Shown piece after piece: positions 1 to 13,280 of a DNA stretch of 64,000 nucleotides (the first letter of the stretch is position 1; each line of letters begins with the position of its first letter). Origin of the DNA: the human T2T-CHM13v2.0 reference genome, Homo sapiens; NCBI RefSeq assembly GCF_009914755.1, contig NC_060931.1; one strand, given 5' to 3'. The translations under genes were made by a program, and so were the position numbers. The notes below the pieces were generated by a model. That model was given only the letters and a program-made list of their open reading frames with translations, was not told where the DNA came from and did not search any database.

Positions 1-122
1 GTTTCCTCAACTGTCATGTGGAGATAAAACTTCCTCATAGAAGTGTCTGTATGATTAAATGAGATAATTCATGAAAGCACTTAGCATAATACTTGGTTAA
101 AAACTCAGTGTTAGCTATTACT
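1..122. mobile_element. MIR SINE fragment
   Basis: gtttcctca.ctgt...gattaaatgagataat...gaaagcacttagca matches the MIR core. Confidence 0.75.
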
Positions 123-172
123 TAATGATATTAATGTTAGCCATTTAATCGTATTAATCTATGACATTAATA

Positions 173-210
<38 letters not shown>
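173..210 (+). repeat. (GAT)n microsatellite, ~12.7 perfect units
   Basis: Read directly from sequence. Confidence 0.97.
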
Positions 211-211
<1 letters not shown>

Positions 212-877
212 AGTGCTGTCACTGCTTCCTTTACTGTGTGCATGAATTCCACTGTCTTTCCCATGCTGGCATTGGGCCATGGTGCCATAAAGATGATGAA
301 AATGTTAGGAAGACACCCTTTGTCTCAAGAGTAAATCCACCATTTTTGTCCTCATTCTCAGCAGGTCCCTGTGTTCTAAGCTTAATTTTCTAAGCTGCCC
401 TCGGAATTAAATTTTATAGTGAATTAGAACATCAGCATGTGTGTTGCATGTGTTTATTAAGCTGAAGTAATACTTCCAGAATGCCAGAATTGGATACTGA
501 ACCTCTTTTTAATGAGTTTTATTAGCAAATTGGAAATAAGTATGGTGAAACTTCTGAGAGACTTTAAGAAAAAAAAATGCGAATGTATACTCTTTAGGCC
601 TAGTGGAATGTTTGTTAGGTTTTGGTTTATGGCGATTTGATTTTGTTGCACATTTTCAAGCTTTTATAGGTGTAATATTTTTCTTTTGTGCTGATTGAGG
701 TAGAATGATGAAGACAATGGAAGAATAATTAGATTCTTGGTGACAACATTAAAGCTAAATTAAGAATTTTCTTGTATTTAGCTGTTTCTTATAAAACTGA
801 GTACTTTCACTGTGTTGAGACACCCCACGAAAAGAGGCCCTTTATACTCATTTTTTAATAACCTGTGTTTTCTTCAG

Positions 878-996
878 TATGAATCTGATGAACAAGAAAA
901 GAGTGCCTATCAAGAGTATGACAGTGACAGTGATGTTCCTGAGGAACTCAAACGAGACTATGTGGATGAGCAGACAGGAGATGGTCCTGTGAAAAG
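878..996 (+). CDS. VPS50: VPS50 coding exon (first of 10 in window; YESDEQEK...GPVK-S)
   Basis: Acceptor ttttcttcag|TAT, donor AG|gtgatt; 119 nt, phase 0 to 2; peptide recognised as syndetin acidic region. Confidence 0.95.
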
Positions 997-1893
997 GTGA
1001 TTGTTCTTAAATTGTGTGGTATTTAGCATTTTATCTTGTGCTCTTAACATATAGGATTTCCTTTAAGGTTAAGAAGAAACAAAAATTATTTTTTTTGGTA
1101 CTTATAATGTCACCTGACAGAAGTTAGTATGTTTTAAAAAATGATTCCTGGAAGGCTAAAAATGTGTTGTTCCTCTTAACATTTCATAACTGAATTTCAG
1201 GAAAACTAAAATAGTTATATGAAAAGTTCTGCCTTGCAAAACCTTTGCTGGTATCTCACAGATCAGTTCATCTAACTGTGAACTGGATTGTTAATGTGTC
1301 AAAAAAGAAATTGATTTAGCCATTTAAAAACTTTTAAGTGGCTAGTGTTAATGTAGCTTTCCTTTGAGTTATACAGTTTGTTTGACATTGCTTTTTGTAG
1401 CAAGATTCTAGTTCCTTTTTTATGGTATCACAAAGTTAGTGATTTGTTTAAATCTGTTAAAATTACTTTATTATCTTGTTGAAAATATTGGGCATAATCA
1501 AAGAGATTAGTTTTTGCAGAGGAAAAAGCCTTTAGATTTATAAAATCAATCCTGCCTTTGGTGGCCATTTATGCTTTACATAGATAAATAAAAATCCTCA
1601 AGGAGAAAATGGTCATTTGTTTTGTATGTGGAGTTCTTGCTTCAATCTTATAAACACAGAAAGTCGCCACTTATTTCCCCTATGTCATTTTTGTTCACTA
1701 TTTGAACCTTCTATCAAGGTGTCCTATTAGTGGTTGAGTTTTGTTTTATGATAAACTGACCTCTTCAAAACTATGATAATTATAAGAGAATTTTTTCTTA
1801 CCTTTTGCCAGTTAAATGGGCCTGATTCTGGAATGTTAAAATGACTTGATTTCATGACTATCATACATTTAGTGACTATAGATATACTTTTTG

Positions 1894-1932
1894 CTTAATG
1901 ATAGATTTCTTAATGATAGATTCTTAATGATA
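1894..1932 (+). repeat. Short tandem repeat CTTAATGATAGATT(T), ~2.7 copies
   Basis: Read directly from sequence. Confidence 0.85.
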
Positions 1933-3219
1933 AGTATATTCTTATCGTTTAACCCTAAGCTACCTATTTAATACTGTTTAACTTGAAATCTCGACTGAAA
2001 TAATTCTGTTTTCAAAAGTGAGCAATTCACGTAGTTGTAGCTATTTTAATTGAAAAAATTTGTTCTATTGGTTTTTGCGTATGTATGATATTAAGTGTCA
2101 GCATGATCTACTGTGAACTGAATAGAACTATTTTGTTGGAATTCTTTATTAGATGTGTTTTGGGAATATTTTGGCCAAAAGGAAAGGTCTATTTGAATTG
2201 AAATGTACAAGTAAGATAGTGTCTGCCAGTACATGTGTATATACCTCCATTTTTGGTAGGGTTACTGGAGCCCCCTAAACTTTTTACCCTTAAGAAGTTT
2301 GAATTGAACAAATTAGTAACTGAAGCCAATAAATTAATAGATATTATCAGTTCTAACTTGTGTCTCTTGAATTGACCAATTTTTCTTGTATTTTACCACT
2401 ACCATTCTAGTTTATGCCAAAGTTATCTCTGTGCCAGATTATTAAATCAACTCCTTTACCTTGGATTCTTGTCTCTAGGCTTGCCCCATTCCAAACAACT
2501 CTTAGATCTAAATTTAGGGGTTTTTTTTTTCATAGTTACAAATTTAATCATGCTGTTTTTCTGCTTAGCTTTTAGTGACTCACCACTGTGTTCAAGATAA
2601 GGTTCATATCCCTCAGGTTTGATTGCTTTCAGAGATATCTGGCCTTTACTTGCCTCCTTTCTTGTCACTTTTCCCTCTGTTCACTTCTTCTACATGCGAA
2701 CGTGGTGAACTCCTTGTACTTTTCTGAGCGCACTCTGTTCTCTCTTATCTCTGACCCTATTTTATGCCGGCCCTTTTTTCTGTGCTGACCATATAGCTTT
2801 TACTTTTCTTTTGAACCTTATGCTGCCCCGTAACCCCAAATACTGCCATCAATATTCTGTACTTAATTCACGTTCTTAGGAGGGTATTTTTTCATAAGTT
2901 TCTGAAATCAAGAAACAGTACATTTGCACCTAGATGTATTATTATCCTGGAAAATCAGTTTTTTAAAGAGATGTAGCTTTTTTAGTGGTTGATAATGTTT
3001 TATAATCGAAGAAATGCATTATGGTACTTTATTTTTTTGCTTACTTATTTCCCTTATGGATTGTAAATTTTATAAGAAGTTAATTTCTATATCTTTACCT
3101 AATGCATAGTAAGATTTTCATTAAATAATTAGTTAATAAAGGCTAGGGACCTATCTGACTAACTTATTGGTTTATTACTTGACAACTCTAGCAACTCTGT
3201 TTTGTTTTTCCATATCAAG

Positions 3220-3326
3220 TGTTTCTCGGGAAACTCTAAAAAGCAGGAAGAAATCAGATTACAGTCTAAATAAAGTGAATGCACCTATCTTAACAAATAC
3301 AACATTGAACGTCATAAGACTTGTTG
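3220..3326 (+). CDS. VPS50: VPS50 coding exon ([12 protein letters not shown]...VIRLV-G)
   Basis: Acceptor catatcaag|T, donor G|gtaagt; 107 nt, keeps frame with both neighbours. Confidence 0.95.
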
Positions 3327-4681
3327 GTAAGTAGCTACACCTTTAAAAAAAATTATAACAGTTAAATTAGTTTGTTACCGAATGACTTTTACTTGTGGTT
3401 TTTATTGTCTTGTATACTCCAGTGCTCTATGCAATGAGGGATTTAAGGTTATCATATGTCAATGCTTCTCATTTTAAATGTTCCAAATACTATAATACTA
3501 ATAGTAATGCCAGTTTTTCTTTTTCAGTTACCTGTTTATTAAGTCTTTGTATCTTACAATTTTTCTAAAATATTTCAGTTAATTGAAATGCGATGAAAAA
3601 TTCTCTAGGTAGGTTAGAGGTATGTGTAAGATAAGTTAGTACCAGTTTCACATTTATACAATATTTTTGTACTTAGTTGTTTCATAGGTCTTTACCATCT
3701 TCTGTCAGGCAGAGTGAATAGTGACTTTCTGGCATTTTCAGACACAAGGGATTTACAAGCTAAATGTTCAGATTATAGGAAATGTTGTTTTTGTAACAGA
3801 TAAGACCTTTATTGATGATTTTGTAGAAGGCAAACAATATGAAGAAATGATATTTTAAATATTCAGGTTTTAGGATGATGTGGATTTTTTTAAAATCAGT
3901 ATTTCAACATCTTGTATGCTTTTAGCCTTTGTATCTCACAAATAAGTCTATGTATTTGACAAATAAGTTATAGAGATGTCTTCTCCTATTAAACTTCATT
4001 GTTCCAAGCAGGAATTTTAGTGGTTTTCCATAAAAATCTCTATATTCTATCTATGGAGATGGTATTTACCTATTGCCTAGTTTGATTAACCTTAGCTCTG
4101 TTGAAATAGTCTGTGTTCTTTAAGATAATTCTTAAATTTAATTAATGAATAGGATAAAATGTACAGAATGCTTTTTAGGAGTCACGGTTTCTCTAGAAAG
4201 AGCAAAAAATATTACTGAATTGAGAAGAACAGAAAGGTATACCTTTTCATGATGCTCAGAAAAAAGGATAGATTCTAAAAAGCTATTCTGTGGCTAATTA
4301 TTGCCAGGGAGCTAAGCTTTTCTTCTTCTTCCAAGAGAACTGACTGAACATAGTGTCAGAAATAACTCTCGAGAATTTGTAGAATCAGAATTGGGAGAGT
4401 GCTGAGTGGTCATTGGTGTAAGTTGCCATGAAGTCGGTTGTCTTTCTGTAATGTCTCTCATACATGGTAGCTGTCTAGCTTCTGTTTCATGACTCCCAGT
4501 CATTGGAAACACAGTGGTTTGCAAGACTACTCATTCTATCATTAGACTGATCTCATTAGTAGAAGTATCTTCCCTAAGGTAAACCAAAACCTGTCTCTCT
4601 GTGATTCTAGCCTTTGGTTTGTCCTTTTGGTCTAAGAGTTATGCCCTTAGAAGCAAGAAGAATAAGTTCGTGCATTTTTTT

Positions 4682-4780
4682 CTTCTATTTCTTCTATTCT
4701 TCTATTTCTTCTATCTTCTATTTCTTCTATTCTTCTATTTCCTCTATCTTCCATTTCTTCTAATTCTTCTATTCTTCCAT
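4682..4780 (+). repeat. Pyrimidine-rich CTTCTAT(T0-2) minisatellite with 33-nt higher-order period
   Basis: Unit lengths 9,8,9,7 / 9,8,9,7 / 9,9,8,7. Confidence 0.9.
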
Positions 4781-6999
4781 GTGATCACTTTTCAGATATG
4801 TGGTGGTAGTTATCGTGCTTCCTTTTCTCATACCGACCACCCCACAATCCATTTTTCAGGCTCCATGGGCTCAGTTCCTTTATCTTGTCCTCACTGATAG
4901 AAATTCAGACCTTTCAGAATCATTGTCATCCTCCTTAGCCTTCTAGACTCAGCAGTTTTCAATGTCCGAACACATTCCTTGAGATGTAGTCAGCTTTTGC
5001 TAGATTATGTTGAAGTAACAAGCAACTGTTGGTGCATCAAGACGTTCAACCACAAAGTTTTATTTTTCACTCGTGATACGCATTGTCTCCTGTTTATATG
5101 CAGCTCTGCTCCGTGTGTCTCTTCATTCTAAGATGTAGGTTGAAAGAATAGTACCAACCAATCTGGAACATGGGGAGAAGAGCAAAAGCAAACTATGTTA
5201 TGACTCCTGAAGCTTCTGCTTCCATGTGTCACCCTTGACTTCCTCTGACATGTCATGGCCAAAGCAAGTCAGGCTTGGCAAAGGGAGGGGAGAAGTATGC
5301 TTCTGCCGCAGGAAGCACTGCAAGTCAAGGGAAGTGGGCAGGGCTGTATATTGCTCTTACAGGGAATTGGGAAAAATAATATAATCAAACACATCTAAGC
5401 AGTTGTTTATATTTTTTACCTTACCTAGTTCAAAAGGGGCTGGAGGTAGTCATGTTGCTGTTTACGCTGAAGGCATATTTTCATTATAATCAAATAAAAT
5501 AAAATACAAGGCTAAGACAAAGTTGAAGAGTGGGCACATCATGCTTTATCATATCATATTTAATGCAGACATCAAATACAATGCTTAACTTCTTGGTAGG
5601 CATAAGGGAATTGAAGAAACAATATATACCACTATCCTCGTTATCTGAGAAAAAGATACAGGCCTTTATAATAATGGTAGAAATATGTTCCTGGTGCTGA
5701 ATTCAGATGTTAGTAACAACAAATTTTTGTATGAGGATTACTGATCAACATAGTGGGCCTTGCTTTTGAACAGTGGGTTTGTAGGAACTGAGAAAAGCCA
5801 CATTCAAGACCCTTTAAAGTAAAGTATGGCACAGTCCTGAATAAAGCCTTACTCTGTGAAGAGAATTTGACTATTGCAATTTCAGCTTTCTCCACTACCA
5901 TATCTTTTACTGGACTTGCAATTAGGAAACAATGCCGAGTATGACAATTTAACTTTTATATCTTCTCATTTAGGACTGGGATTAGGTGCTGCCATTATCA
6001 CCCCAGTTGGGATCCCCAGTAGACTTTTATGCCTATCATTTTCTCTCTCCCTGGGATGTTTTTATCTTCAGTTTTTAGATATATACAAAACAGAACTTTA
6101 AGGAAGCCACTGTCTCAGAGGCCTCTGACTAGCAAATGCACTATTCCATCCGCTGTTGTTATTGCATAGAAGTGCCTGAAGATTATAAACTGGCAGAGGT
6201 CATGCTTCTTCCTACAAAGGGAGAAGTACGGTTGTGTAAATAAGACAGATTAATTTTTGGTGCTTGAGAAGATGAAGGAACTAATTATTGAGTATTTGGG
6301 AAACCATATTAGAACATTAAAGGCATATTTAAAATGTCCTTTTCAAGTAGTATTTACTTGGCAGATAATTAGCAGAGCGTAAACAAAAGAGTGTTAATGG
6401 GGCTTCCTTACCCCAGGTGGTAACTAAATTTATTAGAAAGGCTCAGGGAGGCTTTGCACTAGTGGAGAGGACTGATCAGAACAGTTGCTTGTATTATATA
6501 AAGAGAAAATTCTGTCATCCTGATGGTTTCTTGCAGACAGTGAAAGAGAAATTTTAGGAAATGTGTCTCATCAGTGAAATAGCCTTGGTATTCACGGTTC
6601 TCTCTCCTGGAAGCAGCTTGTGAGCAGGTGTGATAGGTCTGAGGAGCAGGAGCTAGATTACCGAAGTCCATGCTTGTAAGAACTGCCGACAACAACAAAA
6701 TTACCACTTTAGTAGCTAGAAAAAATATACCCTAGCACCCTAGCACATGCATCAGTATTTAAAATGAAACTAGGATATGTGCATCTAAGGGATATTTAGG
6801 TATAATGTGCCTGAGATGCAGCTTATGTGGTGGAGAGAACACAGGCATGGGAGACAAGAGATCCACTCCTTCATTAGGACATTCTTTTCATTGGGGGAAG
6901 GTCAAATACTAGATGACAGACTGCTGAAGTTTCTCAGCAGTTTAGTTTGCTGGCATATTCTTTATCATTGAGCATTTTAAATTGAAAGGTGATGCATAA

Positions 7000-7900
7000 A
7001 AATGGTTAAAAATTAAAATACCCCAAGGTATAAGCAGAGCCCCTGAGCTGCAAGTCTCCTTCCTCAGACAAAACGACTCAGTTTCTCCTGTTTTCTTCTG
7101 GAAACATTAGTGTTAGTACAAATATATTTAATACGTATATCTCCTCTCTCCTATTTTTTTTTGTTGTTGTTTTGTTTCAAAAATTGGATTACACTATTTA
7201 TACTGTTTTTTATCTGGATTTTTTACTTAAAATATCTTAAGGTTACACTTAAAATATCTTAATGTATTACCTATCTTAGTATGTGTGGATTTCATTCTTT
7301 TTTCCTATTGTATAGATGTAATATTATAAGTGCCACAATTTATACATCTTCTACTTTTCAACATATAGGTTAAGTCATTTCATACTACAAACTGCCACAG
7401 CAAGTATCCTTGAAGAAATATCTTTGTGTATATACAGATAGAGCTATAGAACAAATTCCTATAAATACTTCCTCTCGCTGGATCAAAGAGTATATACATT
7501 TCCAGTTTTGATGGACATTCTCAATTTACCAATGAGGTTACTAACGAGCTTACTAAAAGAGTTCTGTTAAATTACTCATTCATTAGCAGTATTTGAGGGT
7601 AGCTCTTTTCTTAGTCTCAGCAACACTGTGTATCCTCCAGCTTTGGGTACTTGCTAGTCTGATAGGTTAAACATGGCATCTCATTCAAAAATGTATTTAA
7701 TTATGAGTGAATTGAAGCATCTTTTCATATGCTTAAAAGACATTTCTATTTACTTGCGAACTACTTATTCATATCCACTGCTCATTTTTATATAATAAGG
7801 AAATTATAGGTTTTAATTTCAACATTAAGGAAATCAGTTCTTTTTTTGCCATGTATATTGCATTCATTAGTTTTAGTCCACCAGATTTTTTTTTTTTTTT
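7000..7900 (-). mobile_element. Old L1 (L1M-type) 3' fragment
   Basis: Antisense L1 3' motifs (gcatcttttcatatgctta, catatccactgctcatttt). Confidence 0.55.
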
Positions 7901-8099
7901 TGAGTCACTACTTTGTTTCTGGCTAGCTGTTGGAGTTACAGTCATGAAGAAACCATAGTCTTTGTACTTTGTACTTAAGGAGTTCAACAAGGGAAATAAA
8001 TACAAAATAAAAAAATTTACAGTGTGTTGTTATAAGCATAAATAAACAGAAAAGAGGCAAGAGAAAGAATGATGATTAATTTTCCTTTTTGGGTAGGAA

Positions 8100-9210
8100 G
8101 TGAAAGGACTGACTCACTATGGGGGCTGACACCCTAATTGAGTTTGAAAGATGAATAGGTTCTCATAGATGAAGTTGGTAAAGGCATTTTGGACAGAAAG
8201 AACATGTGCAAGACATGGTGTATTCAGAGACTCCAGTTGTCTAGTTTGCTGGAATGTAAGAAACATGACGGGGCCTGGAGGCAGAAGCAGAGGAGATGTG
8301 ACGAGAAAGATGGGCAAGAACAGGATATGAGAAGGCCTCAAAGACTGTCCTATGCAGCTTGGACATAAGCTCCTTAAGGGATTTCTAACAGGGGAGAGAC
8401 CCCAGCAGATTTGCTGTTTTTAAAAAAAGTGTAAATAAGGGATTGACTTTGGCTAAGGGGAAACTGGAGAAGGTCAAAGACTGGATGGCAGACTGTCGAA
8501 GTCTCCCAGGCAAGGGATGATGAGGACATAAGCCTGGATATGGATGGCAGTGGCCATTGTAATATAGAGAAGAAGATGGATTAGAGAGATTTTAGAAATA
8601 CAACAGACAGAATTGGTGAATCAGTGATGAGCGATCACTCAGATTTTAGGTTTGTGTGATTAACCAGTTATAATGCCAGAAATGAAAAAGGGAAGATGAG
8701 AGGAAGACCAAGTTTTCCGAGCTGATGGTAGGGTAGACTTTGGACATATAGAGGTACCTCTGGGACATTTAAGTAGAAATAGTCTATAGGTAGTTACATA
8801 GATGGATGTGGAGGTCAGGAGAAAAAACATGATCAGGATACATAATTTGAGTCATTGTTTTAAAATGACTAGGAAGGACTAGGACTTCTGTCTGATTTTC
8901 TATGAACTCAAAAGGTTAGTGGATGAGTTTATCTTGGCAGAGGCTCTTAACAATTTGAGTTCATAGAAAACCAGACAGAAGCTCTACTATCCTTCCTACC
9001 CACTTAGTACACACAAAAACATGCAACACAAGATAGCTGAGTGGAAACCTAGGAAACAGCAGTGGATATGGATACACTGGAAGGGCAAACAGCAAGATCA
9101 GTCAGTGAAGAAGGTCATGAATCAACAGCAGAAAGGCAGGAGGAAAATTAGGAGGTGAAGCAGAGGTCTTGAAAACCAAGGCATGAGGGCCTGTCAAGAA
9201 GAAAGAAGGA
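8100..9210. mobile_element. L2 LINE fragments
   Basis: Degenerate purine-rich L2-like motifs (gactttggacat..gaggtacct..gggacat..aagtagaaat). Confidence 0.5.
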
Positions 9211-9254
9211 CTGTGCTTTATTGCTTTATTCATCTTTTATGGTGATCTAGCCTT

Positions 9255-9760
9255 TGATTTTTAAATTTTGGCATGCGTCAGTATCACCTAGAGGGCTTGT
9301 TAAAACACAGATTGCTGGCCAGGTTTGGTGGCTCATACCTGTAATCCCAGCACTTTGGGAGGCCAAGACAGATGGATCACTTAAGGTCAGGAGTTCAAGA
9401 GCAGCCTGGCCAACATAGCAAAACCTTGTCTCTACTAAAAATACAAAAGTTAGCCAGATGTGGTGGGGCACTCCTGTAATCCCAGCTACTTGGGAGGCTG
9501 AGGCATGAGAACCCAGGAGGCAGAGGTTGCAGCAAGCCAAGGTTGCAGCAAGCTGAGATCGCACCACTGCATTCCAGCCTGGGTGACAGGGCAAGACTCT
9601 GTCTCAAATAAACAAACAAACAAAACACCGATTGCTGTCCCCCACTCCCAGAGTATCTGATTCAGTAGGTCTAGGGTATAACCTGAAAACGGGCACCTTT
9701 AACAAGTTTCCAGGTAATGTTGATGCAGCTTGTCTAGGGACCACACTTTGAGAACCATTG
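9255..9760 (-). mobile_element. MER5A hAT-Charlie DNA transposon interrupted by an Alu
   Basis: Contains gagggcttgttaaaacacagattgctg and ends ggaccacactttgagaaccattg. Confidence 0.8.
9317..9621 (+). mobile_element. AluS with TSD AAAACAC(A/C)GATTGCT
   Basis: Two arms; TSD at 9302-9316 and 9622-9636; internal tandem duplication of aggttgcagcaagc. Confidence 0.93.
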
Positions 9761-10836
9761 GTTCCTTTCTGTTATTTTCCTAATTGAAATGTAAAACAAT
9801 GTGTATTTAACAGGAAAATTCTTGATTACATAACAGATAATTAAAATAGTAGCTTCTTTTGTTTTTTTGAATAAGTTGTTTTTAAAGTATCCTTGTTTCG
9901 GATACTTGGATAAAGTTATAGAGTTCATTGAAGTCATAAGTGCAGTCTTACAGAAGTATCACAATACTTTCTTATGTGTTTTGAAATTTTAAAACCATGT
10001 TTTATGATTAAGTTATCGTTTAAGAAAAAAATATTTTCATATGTAATGTTTAAGGAAAAAAAGTTTGTCATTCACTTTAAACTACATTCTAGTATTTCTG
10101 TTTATAATCATATAATAATGATATATTATATAATACATACTATATGTTATCTATATACTAATAGGATAATACTATGAGATAACATATATTTAGATATTAT
10201 TTACATGAATTTATATTTTTAACATTTAAAAATATTTTCTGAGTTGCTAGCTTTATGTACAGCCTGATCTTTTGAGAGGATAATCCCAAAAGCACCATCC
10301 CTCAGTACATGTCACAAGAAAACAACATTGGAGATTTGGGGGGCTGAGATATAATATTTAAAAAATAAACCTGGTAGCCAGGCACTTAGGTAATGGACTT
10401 GTTGATTTTTTACTCTGGTCTTCACTTCATTATTCAGTACCTTTTTCTGAATTGCCCAAGCTGAACCAACTTTCCTTTACGCCTCTTTTATAGCTTTTCC
10501 AGTTTGTCTTATGTGCTATTATGGCTTTATATGCCATTTATATTCATTGATGGTGTCTCAAATTAGTGTACTGAAATAAAATAATGAATATTCTTCCAAC
10601 TCAGAATCTATTCCTGCTTGTGTCCCATCAGATTATAAACCCCTATAGAAGAGAGCCTTAAATCATTTTTGTAGCATCTATATGTGGCACCTGGCCAAGT
10701 GCTTTTTACTTTTGTAGGAACCCAATAGATGTTGGACTGACAAACCTTAATTTTTAAAAATCTTCAATATAGGAGAAACTCATTTTCTCTCTTGTCATAT
10801 CCACAATGGAAAAAATTTCTCCCCCATGTTTCCAGC

Positions 10837-11309
10837 ATTTTTATGGAACTCCTACACTCTTTTACAAATGACACTGTACAAACAAACAACATCGGTTCTC
10901 TTTTCTAGGAGTTTCAATTTAAAATAATTTCTTTGAAAATGTGTAAGTTTAATAGAGTAAAATAAAATATATTTAAGAAAATATTTATTTTTATAAGCTT
11001 ATTCATATATAGCAAAAGTAGAAAAGCAAGAGGAAAAATGATACACACAAGGTACGGCCCATTCCCCTGAATCCTAGCCCTGTGAAATCTTGGGTCAGAG
11101 GCCAAGAACATTTCTTTATCACTGTATCATTCAAGAGCTCAATATCCACAAGGTGCAAAGAACATATCTTTCTCATTCCTTTTTTTGGAAGATGCCAATA
11201 TCCTATTCCTTTTCCTCTGAATATATAATCAGATATAGTCACAGAAAAAAAACACAGTAAATTAAACTTCTGCATTTACAAACTTGCTAATGTATTTGAA
11301 GGGTTCAAG
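10837..11309. repeat. Left arm of ~475-bp inverted duplication
   Basis: Reverse complement of 14892-15369, ~23 differences by manual alignment. Confidence 0.95.
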
Positions 11310-11439
11310 TGTGGGAACCACACTTCTCTCTGTGTCTCCCACTGATGAATTGGCTAAGGCAGGCCCACTGTTCGTTCTCTTGTTTCTAGTTCTTGTCCAT
11401 GCTGCTACTTGGTTTCTTGGCCAGTCCCTCTGTGTATCT

Positions 11440-12200
11440 CTTCCCTATGGTCTAGTTATTTCCCAGAAAAGGCTGATGAGAAGTAAATGTTTGAATTCGT
11501 GTCAGTCTGAAAATGTCTTTTTTTTTTCTCTTTCACTTGAATGACAATTTAGCTATGAATAGACTTGTAGATTAAAAATTATTTTCTTCAGAACTGGAAC
11601 TTCTAGCATTCTATTCTGTTGCAGATGAATTTCTCTCTCTTTGAAAACTTTTAATATTTGTTTCCTTGATCCAGAATTTTATGTTGATGTGTCTAGCTAT
11701 GATTTCATTTTCAATGTGTTTGATAGTATGTGGACTCTTTTGATCTGAAGGCTCCTGTGTTCCTCAACTATTACTGACACTAGTATTTCTTTGATAATTT
11801 CCACCTCTGTATTTTCTCTGTTCTCTCTTTTTAAAACAATTTCCTCCATTACTCAAATTGGTCCTTTATATCTATTTTCTCAAATGTTTCCCACAGTATT
11901 GTCTTTTGCTGTACCTTTTAGGAGACTTAATTTAACTTTTTATTTTAAATATTATATTTTTACTTTTAAGAAGTCTTTTATATTCTTTTTTGGATAATCT
12001 TTTATTACTGAGAAATTTAATTATTATATTTCTTTTTAGCTTGAATTATTCTGTTTCTTTTGGGATCAACTTTTCATTTTCACACTCTGAGTTTTCTTTG
12101 TGTGCCTGGTGATTTTTGATTAGCTATTTAGATTTAAAATAGAAGGCTTACAAGCCATTGTGGGTTTCTTGTGAGTAATTAGAACTATGTTCGAGCTGGC
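11440..12200 (-). mobile_element. Old L1M fragment, antisense
   Basis: gtctgaaaatgtcttt...tcacttgaatgacaatttagct resembles antisense L1M ORF1 region. Confidence 0.5.
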
Positions 12201-12401
12201 TCTTTCTCTTCAGTAGAAATTCGGACTCGGAACTTTGTGTGAAATATAGGAAAGGGCTTGGGTAGATTTACTGGCAGTCTTTATGGGGACTGATTCTCTA
12301 AATCCCAGAATAAGGTAGAAGCCTTAGCTTTTCAATTTTTTATTTTTTTTTAAGTTCGTTTGCCCCCCGTCTTTTTTTTTTTTCAGTTTATCATTTCTTT
12401 T

Positions 12402-12712
12402 TTTCTTTTTCTTTTTTTTTTTAGACGGAGTCTCACTCTGTTGCCTAGGCTGGAGTACAGTGGCGCATCTCCACTCACTGCAAGCTCCGCCTCCCGGGTT
12501 CAAGCCATTCTCCTGCCTCAGCCTCCCGCGTAGCTGGGACTACAGGCGCCCGCCACCACGCCCGGCTAATTTTTTGTATTTTCTTTTTTTTAGTAGAGAC
12601 GGGGTTTCACCGTGTTAGCGGGGATGGTCTCTATCTATCTCCTGACCTCGTGATCCGCCCGCCTCGGCCTCCCAAAGTGCTGGGATTACAGGCATGAACC
12701 ACCGCTCCCAGC
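12402..12712 (-). mobile_element. AluY with TSD TTATCATTTCTTTT
   Basis: AluY diagnostics (gcaagctccgcc, acctcgtgatcc); TSD at 12388-12401 and 12713-12726. Confidence 0.93.
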
Positions 12713-13060
12713 TTATCATTTCTTTTAGAGAGGAACCTTAAGGGTTTCTATTTTGTTTTATGGGTAAATTCTAGCAGCCTACACCTCTAACTGCTGGAGA
12801 GGAGAGGGGAATGGTGGTGGTGGGGAATGCAGACTGTTACAGTTTGTCCCATATGTGAACCTGTAGCTTGATCGTTTTTCAGCCCCGTTTCTGACTCCTG
12901 CAGTTCCAGCTTGATTCTAAGTAGTTACTGTCCTAGTGAATAGCTTCCACCTCCTTTTTGGCCCTCTTATGGTTTTATTGGCTTATGTTTTTCCATCAAC
13001 GTGTTCCCATCTACTGTCTGTCATCTACAACAGACGTTTTGAGATGTCAAATGTTTTGAG

Positions 13061-13280
13061 CTGCTGGCTGCTTGTTTTTGTAAATAAAGTTTTATTGGCA
13101 CACCCATGCTCATTTGTTTGCATATTGTCTGTCTGTAGCTGCTTTTGTGCTACAGTGGCATAGTTGAGCAGTTGAAACAGAAGACAGCAGAGCAGAATTG
13201 TTGCCACAGAGACTGTGCGGTATGCAAAGCCTAAACTATCTACTCTTGGGTCCTTTACAGGAAAAGTTTGCCAACCTCTG
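13061..13280. mobile_element. MER58A DNA transposon
   Basis: gtttttgtaaataaagttttattgg...ctttacaggaaaagtttgccaacctctg. Confidence 0.8.

Noticed and set aside
4601-4897. Hydrophobic transmembrane-like 98-aa ORF
   Set aside because: It is the translation of the CTTCTAT minisatellite.
7225-7262. 16-nt direct repeat ACTTAAAATATCTTAA with a 6-nt spacer
   Set aside because: Only two copies in AT-rich old L1 sequence; ordinary slippage, not an array.
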